Shown in pieces: positions 14,124-26,144 of a stretch of 64,000 nucleotides of DNA. Under the pieces are notes generated by a model, which was not told the DNA's origin, did no database searches, and worked only from the letters and a program-made list of their open reading frames with translations. The DNA comes from Antedon mediterranea. Its lineage: Eukaryota; Animalia; Echinodermata. A program made the translations under genes and the position numbers. Position 1 is the stretch's first letter; each line of letters begins with the position of its first letter. Where the stretch lies: NCBI RefSeq assembly GCF_964355755.1, contig NC_092671.1, positions 32,746,304-32,810,303 on the forward strand, written 5' to 3'.

Positions 14124-14179
14124 GGTCAAATGACTTGTGTTGCTTTACGTCCTTGCATTGCCGAATGCGTGAGAACCAA

Positions 14180-17100
14180 TAGTCTAGTAGGAAATGGGGG
14201 TTCCCATGCACCCCTGAGGTATATTTTTTTAATGTGATTTTTTATAATCTCAAGTATGTCTAGTAACCAGATCAGGTTGTTAACATTTTCAAATCGTGTC
14301 CCATGGGGTTGTTTTTGACCCATTTAGTCGGCCATGTTGGTTTTAACAAATTAACATTTTTTCGCATTTCTCAGGAACCAGAGGTCGTAGAAATATAATT
14401 TTGGTACCAAAGTACTCAGTATATGTATGTTTGTATATGCTGTAATGAAAGTTTTTTGTATACAATTACAGGAAGTATGATTTTTGACCTATGACCTTGT
14501 TTTTAAATGGTGTCCATATCTCAAAAACCGGTTGTCATAGAAACTTTATTTTAGTCTCAAATTATGCAGAATACCAACATTTATATTCATGGTAATGCAA
14601 AAGTTTGTCCGAAAATGATCGGAAATGATATTTTTGACCTTTGACATAATTTCATTTACATTTTTACACAATTTTGTCCATATTTGAGGGCATTAGCAGT
14701 TCTCGATAACTAACAGACATAGAAATATAATTTTTGTGTCAAAGTACTCGCGATATGCATTTTTATATTCACACTAATGAAAGTTTTTTGTGAAAAACGA
14801 CCGGAAGTAGGACTTTTGACCTATGACCTCAACTTTAAATATTTTTATTATCTCAAAAACCAGTTGTCATAGAAACTTGGTTTTAGTCTCAAATTGTTCA
14901 GAATACCAATATTTATATTTATGATAATAAAAAAGTTTAACCAAAAACGACCGGAAATGATATTTTTTTATCTTTGACATACTCTTTTCTTTTTTGTCAG
15001 TACAAATTCTGTCCGTATTTTGTTAGCATTATCAGTTCTCGATAACTAACAGACATAGAAAAAACATTTTTGTACCGATCTTTGTTAGTAACAATACACT
15101 AGGATAAATTCGTTGTTTAGTTATCAACATTCCGACCTTTAACCCTATTGAATGATTTTGTAATGATATAACTTATCATTTTTAATTTTGAGATTAATAC
15201 ATACATACATGTATTAATTAATCTTCATTCGAGAGGAGTTCTTCTAGGATGTGACCATCCTCATCTAACTCTTCCTCGTCCAGCTCCTCAGATGTTTTCT
15301 CAATCAGATCAATGAGAGAAGGAGGAAGGACAGCACTTTGTGACCAAATTGGCTCTAATATGTTGTCAGTTTTCTGCCAGCCTTGTTGATGGGTGTGAAA
15401 TAATCAATTGTTGATTTTGTTGAGGGTTTGACTACTGTAGTTGCTGAAATGAAGCCACCAAACCCTGGAACAAGTTGATTTCCTTCTTGTTGACATCCAA
15501 TAAACCGTGCATGAAACCAGATAAGATACTCTTGTATATACTTGCAGTACACTGTATCGTTAGTTGCAGGTGGTGTAAAAACAGTTCCATCTTGAAATCT
15601 GGGTCCAACTCGACCATACAACTGCACAGGAACAAGGGTTTCTGGTGTTTCAATCATCCGGGACCTTATATTGCTTCGCTCATAAAGAGGTAACAAGCGG
15701 TCGTGGTCAACGGTATTAAATCCAGGCTTTACCTCTTGTATCATGATCCCGCCTGTGGTATTTACCATATTTGAGCCATGGATGTTTGTGGTAACTTTGT
15801 TTAGATTATCCCACTCAAGATGGAACACATCATTACCATCACCAGTAATGATTTGTGGAGTAAGGAATGTAGAAATTTCATCTACAGCTTTCACCAGTGC
15901 TGTTTCAAGTTCTAAGCTGAAGTCGTATGTCTCACAATGACCCAACCTATTCAGAATAGTTGTCAATTGCTTACTGCGATAGAGATGTCTAATTGTGGTA
16001 CTAAGGAGTATGTGCTTCGGCAACTTCCACTCGCTTTTGTCACAGCACGGCATATATTCTAAAATAAATCAATATATATATATATATATGACAATATATG
16101 CATCAATGTATTGTGTAATTTTAAATATGCGTCGTGTACAAATAACATACCAATAAACTGTTGCAGAAGGCTTTCAAAGAACATTCAGTTATGATAACTG
16201 TTACGTACTGTTACGTACTGTAAATTTGTAAGAATAAATTTAAATGTGTCATACCTGGCCAATAGAAAGCACAATACGTCTTGTCTTTTCATTCATGTTC
16301 TGCATGTTTTCATCATTAGATATAAGTATACTCAAAAAGCTCAAAAGATTTGGTGGAAGAAGTTTATCGGCTGCGTTGATTTCTAAATCACTTGCTGTAG
16401 GTGGCCACGGAAATGGCTTCATTTCTTTAAAACCTTGTTGTACAGAATTTCGAAGTTGCATTGCCATATTTTCATACTGGTTTTTCAATCCCAGTATATA
16501 TGCATAACTCACTGCATCAGCGACAGACAGATTTTTGCTAAAAACAACATTATAAGTAATACACCCCTTATCACCTGGGTTAACATTTGTAATAGTAATG
16601 CATTTGCTTATATGGTGGTTCTCTAACTGTGCCTTGAGTTTCTCACTTCTATACTCTGGATTAGGGAATTCCATTTTCTCTAACTCTTTGACATAGATAT
16701 CACGAAGTGATGACAATAGCATGACTTCTTGCTGCCCAATTACAATTACATGTTCTTGAATAAAATAAATTACACACGTCAATGCATTTAAGCGGGCCTC
16801 ACCTTTAAGACCATTATCATTATCCACATTCAACGACTGGATGTACTTTACATACTTTAGGTTGAATTTTTTTCTGCATGATTGGTGGAAATTGGCGTCG
16901 CGGGAAAACAGGTCTTCACCTTGCACTAAGCAATGTAGGTCATGCATTCCTAGTGCAAGTGACCGAGGCTCAATTTGTTTCCATGTGGGATCTTTAAATA
17001 CACAATTTTCAGTTTTATAAACAGGAAACTTGATGCACCTTTCAGTCTTTCTAGACACTTTCAATTCAAGTTTATTACAAAAAATACACTCTGGTGGAAA

Positions 17101-18597
17101 CAAACTGTTCGTAGTTGATGGTTGTTTACGATTTGAGCGGGAATTTTGAGCTGCACTAGATGTTGAACTACATTTTAAACGATGTTGGTTAATAATAAAG
17201 CGTTGGTAGCAAGCACGATGATAACCAATTACATTCAAATCAGTATTTTCGAGATTCTCTGGAATACCTTTACAGACATCCTCCATACGATAAGGAGAAT
17301 CATAAGGTTCGGTAAGTCGTTTGTCACTAATACTATGTAGCTGATTCAACTTCTCTGAGGCTGATCCCTTGATATCAGTGAGCGGAATAAATTGAAGATG
17401 CTCAATACCTTTGACATGTAAAATGCAACTTACCGATGAACATTTTCTATTTCATCAATATCAATCTTGCACTTTTTTGAGTTTGACATGATTAATAAAC
17501 AATAATCTCACAAGAATACATGTAATTATGTCAATATAATAAAACAACAACAGCTTTTAAACATACCTTTTATCCCAGTTAAATTGAGTAATTATTTCCT
17601 GAGTTAGGTGAGATTAGTTGTAAGTTTGTTTTAGAACATTGTGGAATATGAAAAGCATTTTCATTGGTTGAAAGTGATGCAGTTTTAAAACAACCTGATT
17701 GGTTGGAAGTTAGAAGATGATGATTGGTTGAAAATATTTTCTTTGGAGCCTTTTTTTTTGGCGCATTATAATTAAACTGACAAAAAAGAAAAGAGTATGT
17801 CAAAGATAAAAAAATATCATTTCCGGTCGTTTTTGGTTAAACTTTTTTATTATCATAAATATAAATATTGGTATTCTGAACAATTTGAGACTAAAACCAA
17901 GTTTCTATGACAACTGGTTTTTGAGATAATGAAAATATTTAAAGTTGAGGTCATAGGTCAAAAGTCCTACTTCCGGTCATTTTTCACAAAAAACTTTCAT
18001 TAGTGTGAATATAAAAATGCATATCGCGAGTACTTTGACACAAAAATTATATTTCTATGTCTGTTAGTTATCGAGAACTGCTAATGCCCTCAAATATGGA
18101 CAAAATTGTGTAAAAATGTAAATGAAATTATGTCAAAGGTCAAAAATATCATTTCCGATCATTTTCGGACAAACTTTTGCATTACCATGAATATAAATGT
18201 TGGTATTCTGCATAATTTGAGACTAAAATAAAGTTTCTATGACAACCGGTTATTGAGATATGGACACCATTTAAAAACAAGGTCATAGGTCAAAAATCAT
18301 ACTTCCCGTAATTGTATACAAAAAACTTTCATTACAGCATATACAAACATACATATACTGAGTACTTTGGTACCAAAATTATATTTCTACGACCTCTGGT
18401 TCCTGAGAAATGCGAAAAAATGTTAATTTGTTAAAACCAACATGGCTGACTAAATGGGTCAAAAACAACCCCATGGGACACGATTTGAAAATGTTAACAA
18501 CCTGATCTGGTTACTAGACATACTTGAGATTATAAAAAATCACATTAAAAAAATATACCTCAGGGGTGCATGGGAACCCCCATTTCCTACTCTACTA
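14180..18597 (-). mobile_element. Academ-type DNA transposon, internally deleted
   Basis: TAG...CTA termini, 3-bp TSD CAA (14177-14179, 18598-18600), ~822-bp near-identical TIRs (14180-15001, 17776-18597), disrupted transposase-like gene inside. Superfamily assigned from termini, TSD length and recalled protein motifs. Confidence 0.8.
15218..17489 (-). pseudogene. Disrupted Academ-like transposase gene
   Basis: ATG 17489 with early frameshift; ORF 17349-16255 (CIFC, FHQSC, PWPP, RIVLSIGQ); intron 16254-16059; frameshift near 16035; KLPKH..TIRHLYRSKQLTTILNRLGHC, WDNLN, PGFGGF; near 15385 jumps out of frame to the C-terminal GWQKTDNILEPIW..LP and acidic tail. The catalytic middle is missing. 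Confidence 0.8.
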
Positions 18598-18999
18598 CAA
18601 GTTTTAGTTTGTTCAATTGTCCAAGTTACATAGGACATATTTTATAATTCAGAATAATTTCAAATAGACGAATTATTTATTATTGAGCTCTGGAGATATA
18701 GTTGAATTTTATATAATAAGGCCGACTTGTCGTAAACGACAATGTCAATAAGTCTTACATTCATCTGAAGTCAGGGTTGTTTAAAGCACCTTTGGCTGGT
18801 CCCAACATTGACCAATAGATGAGTGGAAATAGACTTTTCAGTCAAACAAATTGCAACAGTTTGTTTTTTTGCTGAAACATGCTCAATTATATGTAGATAT
18901 TATCATATCCAAAATCTACCCTGATCTGCCCATTATAAATTACCTAATTTGCATAAAATCAAAATGGCTGCCATTTTACAACTTTGATCCCAATTATCT

Positions 19000-19830
19000 C
19001 TTAAACCATAACGAATTTGGTATAAGAATGTATTGAACACAAATATAAACATGACCCCAAAGATTCAGAATAATATATTTGATTTGTCTTTGGGGTCAAG
19101 GTCAAAGGTCATTCCAGTTTGACATCTAAAATATGCTAATTATCTCTTAATCCATTAGGTATTTTGAATAAGAATGTATAAGTACAAATATAAATGTTAC
19201 CCTAAAGATTTAAAATAATGTATTTGATTTGTCTTTGGGGTCAAGGTCAAAGGTCATTCCAGTATGGCCTCTAAAATATGCTAATTATCTCTTAATCCAT
19301 TAGGTATTTTGAATAAGAATGTTTAGCCTAACTATAGTACAAATATAGGCCTAAACATGACCCTAACGGTTTAGAATAATGTACAGTAATTGAGTTGTAT
19401 TAGGGTTCAAGGTTCAAAAGGTTATCTAATTACACTATATAAAATTTGAAAATAACTCTCAAAACATCAGGTATTTTTAACAAGAATGTATTTAATATAA
19501 ATATGACCCTAAATATTCAGAATGATGCAATTGAGTTGTATATGGGGTCAAAGTCAAATGTCATCTAATTATGCCATATAAAATATGCTAATTATCTCTC
19601 AAAACATCAGGTATTTTTAACAAGAATGTATTTAATATAAATATGACCCTAAATATTTAGAAAGATGCTATTGAGTTGTATGGGGTCAAAGTCAAATGTC
19701 ATCTAATTATGCCATATAAAATATGCTAATTATCTCTCAAAACATCAGGTATTTTGAACAAGAATGTATTTAATAGAAATATACATAATATGTTCTTATG
19801 ATTTGCATTTGATTTGTATTGGGTCAAGAT
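19000..19830. repeat. Degenerate ~118-bp tandem repeat inside an insertion (~18711-21468)
   Basis: About 7 units containing ATGACCC, GGGGTCAAGGTCAAAGGTCA and AAATATGCTAATTATCTCT. Confidence 0.75.
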
Positions 19831-21214
19831 AAAATGTCATTATCTTACAATATAAAATACTCTAATTATGAAGTGAATTCATTTCAATTTGGATGATGTA
19901 CTTATGAACAACTCATATCTATTTTGAAAAGCTCATTTGAGTTAACTTCAGGGATCAGACTATTAGGAAAGGTGTTTTAATTGTAAGGAATTACATTTAT
20001 TATATTTGGTTTTTTTTCTAGATTATAGTACACTATGCTAAAATATGTCACACAAAAACTGTCAATCCTGGCTGGTTGTGTGAAGTGTTTAAACTGAAAT
20101 TATGGGAAAGTGTGGAAACACCTTTACCCTTACAAAATTTGTAACTGTGAAAATGGAGGTCATGTGGTTCAAACAGTAACCGACCACTTGAAACAGTAAA
20201 ACCTGACCCTAACATTGGGAAAAGTTAAGTTGTACTAACCAAAGTGGGTGCAGAAGTGAAAGATGACATATTCTGTGTATTAAGAATACAGAGACTATGT
20301 GAACTAAAAATCTTTAGAACAAGTGTCTATAGTTTACTTTAGTATAAGAACGAGTCCTCTGCTCTCAAATGACACAAATATAAAGATACATTAAAAAAAA
20401 ATTAGAATCTTTCGTAACACCTTAAATTTTTAAGTTTGAGATGGATGAAAATTAAAAAAAATCCAGCCATTAAAAACAAGTGTAGTTTGTATTCATATTT
20501 AAATACCATTAGTGTACTGTATGTTAAAATTTATCTAAACACAAACATTTTAAAGTATCAGTATATATTAGGATTAAGTAACAGTATTTATTAATACTTT
20601 TATTAGCAAAATGATGCTTCAATCGAGAATGTAATGAATACAGTAAGACAGTAAGTCATTGTGATACTTACTAAAGTATACATTAACAAAACTAGTTCTT
20701 TGCAACTGTTGTTGCTTAGTTTAATTGTAGATAATTTGATTTAAAAAAAAAAATGATAGATGATAATTTAAATTACTAATTATCAGAAAGCTAAGTTTAT
20801 TGGTCTACTCTGACGTAATTTTACTGAATTCTCAGTACAGCGAGAATTGTCCAGAGTATGGCAAAAACATCTTAAAAAGTAACTCCATTGACGATCGAGT
20901 CCGACCCAAGAATTATTTAGACATTTTTGTGACCAATGTTTCAGAAATGTAAGCTTATAAGCTTTGTAGGTCTACTAAAGTAGGTATGCCTAAATGTAAA
21001 AGTAAATGTCAAAATAAGCTATACTGTATGGTATAAAGTAAATGACCTACTGATACTATGTAAATTTAGTAGTTATAATATTTATAAATAAACTATTTTT
21101 TTTGTAATTGACCTGGATAATTATTTTTTTATATTGTGACCTTTGACCCAGTGACCCCAGGGTAAGATGAAAAATCAAATACATTATTTTAAATCTTTAG
21201 GGTCATGTTTATAT

Positions 21215-21467
21215 TGACCAAGGGCTTCTCTCGTCCAGTGCCCACCTTAACCAGAGGAGAGGCATAAGCCAATACGTCTGAGGCAGATACTAGATGCAGG
21301 GGCTGCCACAATAAGAGTCAGCAGTGCTGATTTCAAATGCCTAATGGGACCTCAGCTGCTCCATATACAGCACCCGGTGATTCTCAGATGGTCTCCCATC
21401 CAAGCTCTAGCCGGGCCCAACGTTGGTTAACCTCGGTGATCTGACGATAATCGGTGTCTTCAACGTC
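21215..21467 (-). mobile_element. 5S rRNA-derived SINE (SINE3-type)
   Basis: Minus strand reads ...CTTGGATGGGAGACCATCTGAGAATCACCGGGTGCTGTA (5S box C and 3' end), followed by a non-5S body shared with 29866-30060. Confidence 0.75.
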
Positions 21468-23442
21468 AATTTTATTACTAAAATATTAAGGTAGAATCGT
21501 ACATAGTTTGAAAGTATTATTACATAAAATGGCCACATTTTATTTCATGGTTTATTGATAACAATTACTATTTCTATTATACATACAATACATAGCAATT
21601 TCAAATTTGTTTAATACACATTTTCTTCAATATAGGAGAATTACTGATATTTTGTTTTCATTAATCGAATTATAAGTATGGGACCATGTCAAGATTATTT
21701 TACTGCATTTACTGCAGAAGTTACTATTTAACCTGTAGAGGCTTGTTCTTATTTTGCTCTAGTATTTTAAATAAATACACCACAGCAATGCTACTATTTA
21801 GTTTAACTTTGAATATCGAGGACATAAAATAACTGGTAAAATTAAAATAGCATTTTCATGAAGATTACCCATTGGATGAAATGTTTGTTGGATAGAGAGA
21901 CAGCATAATTGTCTTATTTCTATGTTTTTCTAGTAGTATAGCAAACGGCGCATGTTTGAGTGTTTGAGTTAAAATAGACTCTGTTATGTATTTATTATTA
22001 TTATTTAAATAGACTCTGTTTTTTTATGTATTTATCGAGATCATAATTTTGTTTTTAAAAGTGAATTATTAACATTTGTTCGTCAAAACCAGACATTTTT
22101 TTGTGAATTTTTTTCTAATTTTAGAAATCGATAGAATTCTAATTCAAAATCGACATTACCATAGCTTACGTGACCGCTACCATTTAAAAAAAAGTGATTA
22201 ATATTAATTTTTTTCGTTTAATAACCGATAGAATCTTAGGAAAATTATCGACATTGTATTACTTATCGAGATGCAGCCGGTGGAAATTGATAACTTTGTA
22301 AAACAAAAAAACCACATTGCATAAAATTGTTTTAAAGTAAATATTAATCTTTATATCTGTGCTTTAGAACCAGACCTATGTCGTTATCGTTTTTTTCTCC
22401 TAATGTAAATCGATAGAAAAAAAGAAGAAAATTATTCACAAATCGACATTGTATAACTTATCGAGAAAGAGAGAGTATATAGGCCTAATAATAGTTTTAA
22501 ATTTGTACAGCGCAATAAACAAAAGTTTAGCACTATGAAAACAAACAAATTTAGTTTTTCTAGTATTCTCAATATTAATCCTTAGTTTACCTGCCCGCAT
22601 ATTATTATTATATTACATGGGATTGAAAGAGACTTTTCGGTGCGTTTCATTATTGGTTTCTGATTTTTTTCGAGCATTTTAAAGTTCCACGCACATGTTC
22701 ACCACCAAAGTATATTGTTGTCGTATGATACACATGTAGTTTGGGACACCACCAAAGATACTCTATATAACCAAAGATCTTATATACTAAAGATGGGACA
22801 CTCGGAATTTTACGTGCAATTCATGTAACACACATGGAGCTCATTTTATAGGGCGCCCTCTCGCTCAAACAAGTAGATTTATGGATCAGATATGTCTACT
22901 GTATTGTAACTGAATACTCAATTTTTTTCATCACAATAATTGCGGTAATGTGCGATTAAATTATAATGATAGACTTATTTCCTGTACTTTGTATATCCCT
23001 ATTTGTTTTAATTACTGAATATTGTTGTTATTATTGAATGTTTATCATCATCCTCAAAATCATCATCTAGGAGTAATCATCACTCACATCCGCACTACTA
23101 TTTATTTAGCGAGTCGGCTCTGGTATTAACACTAAGCGCATCGTATTCCGTTTTTGTTCTTGATGTGTTCTTCTTTTTCATCCAGCAGCAAAACAGTGCA
23201 GATTAGGAAAATATGTTAGTCAAATAGTGTGTTATAAACAATTAAAAAAGAACAAGAAGTCACTTTTTAAAATCACTACTTCGACAATTTTATTGCAGTA
23301 ATTTTTTCGGAATATATTTATAAACAATCATAGACTTAAGCCTACAGGCATGATATGAAACAGATTATGATAGTCAATTCTGAGACAATTCATACTAGGC
23401 CTACTGTATTATGTACCCATCATTCGCCATGACATTCATTTA

Positions 23443-23770
23443 TCTATATATAAATTTACGTAAGGGCAAAATTCGGTAAATCGCGCCTTACTTTTAGAAT
23501 TTTTACTCGATGGTATGTAAAGTTGGTTCGTACTTTCGGAACTGATTTTAACCACCTGATGTAACCCTGTTTACTAATTAAATTAAGTTAGATAATTAGT
23601 TATTGACGATTAAAACGAATTTAGGTTCAACGATTTGCCCCAGATAGGGGTGTTTTCCGATCGTGGTATACACTGTCTAATGGATGTCCATCTTGAAAAA
23701 TACCCGCCACAAAAATGCGAGGAGGCTTCGCATTTTCCTATCTCCTCCTACGATAATTGTTTTTAATAGC
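23443..23770 (+). mobile_element. Helitron-like 5' fragment nested in the P element
   Basis: Near-identical to 42553-42840 and 7687-7934. Confidence 0.65.
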
Positions 23771-24302
23771 TGAAAACCGGTTGAACAGCTCGAGTACAGT
23801 ATCATAATGTTAAACACAGGCCGATTTTCTTAAAAAGATACTATTTTGATAGATTTAATATACGTTTATACAAATGTATTGATTTGCGATGAATGGAACA
23901 TTCCAATCTCTGTGTCGTTCCACAAGTGTCTATTCCCTCAGGCGTCGTAAAGGAAAGTACTGTATACTCATAACAGAAATTCGATCCATTTTTTTTTTCA
24001 ATCTGTGCTGCAGAGGTTGGATATAATTTTTTTTAAACGGATAATGAGCTAGCGTTTTCAGTCGCCGTAATTTAATATTTATTACCGATTAAATCAAAGT
24101 ATAAGTAGAGTCATCTCAAAGTCTTCTAAGCAGCAGTCGTCGTCAGTGGTGGCATCGTTGTCTTCTTGATCGGCAACATGATGCGATTGTGGCGTTGATG
24201 ATGATGATGATGATGATGATGATTGGGCCATCATTATTGCATCAATTCCATTTAGCTGTAGGCCTACTGTCGATCAGTTCCTTCTAGGCAATTCGAATTC
24301 CC

Positions 24303-24488
24303 CTAACGGAACAACATCCTGTTGAACACAACTTCCTTCAGGGAGGCTCTAAATTCATCTACCATCGGGTTATAGCGATGACCCCCTCTCCCTCTGACAA
24401 TAGAAAATAAGTTCTCAATGCAATCTTGATTTAGTCTACCTGTGACCATCAGTATTTGAGATTCTTCGAAATGAATATTAAGTGGCAA
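24303..24488 (-). pseudogene. P-element/THAP9-type transposase C-terminal remnant
   Basis: TGRLNQDCIENLFSIVRGRGGHRYNP matches the P-transposase NQDxxENxFxxxRxxGG motif. Confidence 0.85.
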
Positions 24489-24929
24489 TTACGGTGTAAA
24501 TAGGAACTTGGTTTCCTTCTCAAATCCGTGCGTCGTGTGTTCTGGGCCTATTTTGCACACATGTAAATTAATAATTGTCTAGTGAGTTTTTGCTTTATCA
24601 TAATTAACGTTTACGTAATTATAGGACGTCTGCGTGCATGCTAATTGATTTTCAAATTGGTTAGGGCCTAAAGTCAAATACTTAAGCCTAACCTAAAACC
24701 ACTAACTAACTAACGGTTGAATTTCATAAATATTAAGTATAAGATTCAATTAAAAATTGTTTGTTAGGGCTACTCAACGGATAAGTAATATAACCAGGGA
24801 ACAATAAAAATAGTGTAATTTCACTGTTATTATAACTAATGTCCTAGCCTAATAATGATAATAATAATCATTTCATGCGTTAATATACTGTAATGTATGT
24901 AATGACTAGTTAAATTAAACGAAATAAAT

Positions 24930-25284
24930 AACCATGAGACAGAAAGCAAATATTAACCATGAGACGGAAAGCAAATATTAACCATGAGACGGAAAGCAAA
25001 TATTAACCATGAGACGGAAAGCAAATATTAACCATGAGACGGAAAGCAAATATTAACCATGAGACGGAAAGCAAATATTAACCATGAGACGGAAAGCAAA
25101 TATTAAGCAAATATTAACCATGAGACGGAAAGCAAATATTAACCATGAGACGGAAAGCAAATATTAACCATGAGACGGAAAGCAAATATTAACCATGAGA
25201 CGGAAAGCAAATATTAACCATGAGACGGAAAGCAAATATTAACCATGAGACGGAAAGCAAATATTAACCATGAGACGGAAAGCA
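24930..25284. repeat. 25-bp minisatellite (AACCATGAGACGGAAAGCAAATATT), ~14 copies
   Basis: Near-perfect head-to-tail units with one slipped partial unit near 25105. Confidence 0.95.
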
Positions 25285-25328
25285 TGAAATAATTAAGATC
25301 ACAATTTGTTTATATTAAGTATTATTGG

Positions 25329-25359
<31 letters not shown>

Positions 25360-26144
25360 TTGTATAATGTAAAAAGAGGGACTACAGCGACATGCCAATT
25401 GGGCTTCTTGTAGTCTTTCGACCAAATTTTTACTTATAATATGCCAACAATTGTAATGATATAATATTTGGTCAATAAATGTTTCTTGAATTGAAAGTTT
25501 TAAAAGTTGTTTAAGGTACTAAATTTTTAAGGATAAAGTAATATAACCAGGGAACAGTGAAGAAATTAGTGTAAGTTCACTGTTATATAATTAATGTACT
25601 AGTAGTAGCCTAATACTAATAATAATCATTTCATACCTACGTTTAAATAATAATTATTAATAATAGGCCTACCTAGCCTAGTTTATTAATATATGTATAA
25701 ATTGAATACAGTAAAGTAAGGTTAGTCCCTACATAGCATATGTTAAAATGTAAGCTACTTATTTAATTACATAAATTTACCTGTTCTTGTCTTTGGGAAA
25801 ATTGTAAGACTTAAGTTCGCTTCTAAAGTGTTACGCGTAAACGCGGGTAGTGTCACATCTTTAGTATATAAGATCTTTGATATAACGCACGAAGTGGCGA
25901 TACGTTTTTTGGTTTGGACACGACACAGCCAAGTGGTTCATTGCGTGCGCGCGCTAATTGCGTGTTCTATCTGCGCCTAGTAACTTTGTTGTAGCGACGG
26001 CCGGCCATGGTGGAGAGATCGACTCATACAATTCATGAATGAACTTCAAAAGGTAAGCATTGTTAGTAAAATTCTCCGTAATTTTACGTGTTTTTTATTT
26101 GTTATTTGGCAAAATTTCTTGCAAAATATGTGGTGTTAGTGTTT

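Larger units (their letters stand above)
22772..25879 (-). mobile_element. Non-autonomous P-element derivative with nested insertions
   Basis: ~31-bp TIR CAAAGATCTTATATACTAAAGATG(G/T)GACACT, 7-bp TSD ATATAAC (22765-22771, 25880-25886), P transposase remnant inside; empty site visible near 8000. Confidence 0.85.

Noticed and set aside
24930-25284. CRISPR-like array
   Set aside because: Units are head-to-tail with no unique spacers, there are no cas genes, and the context is eukaryotic.
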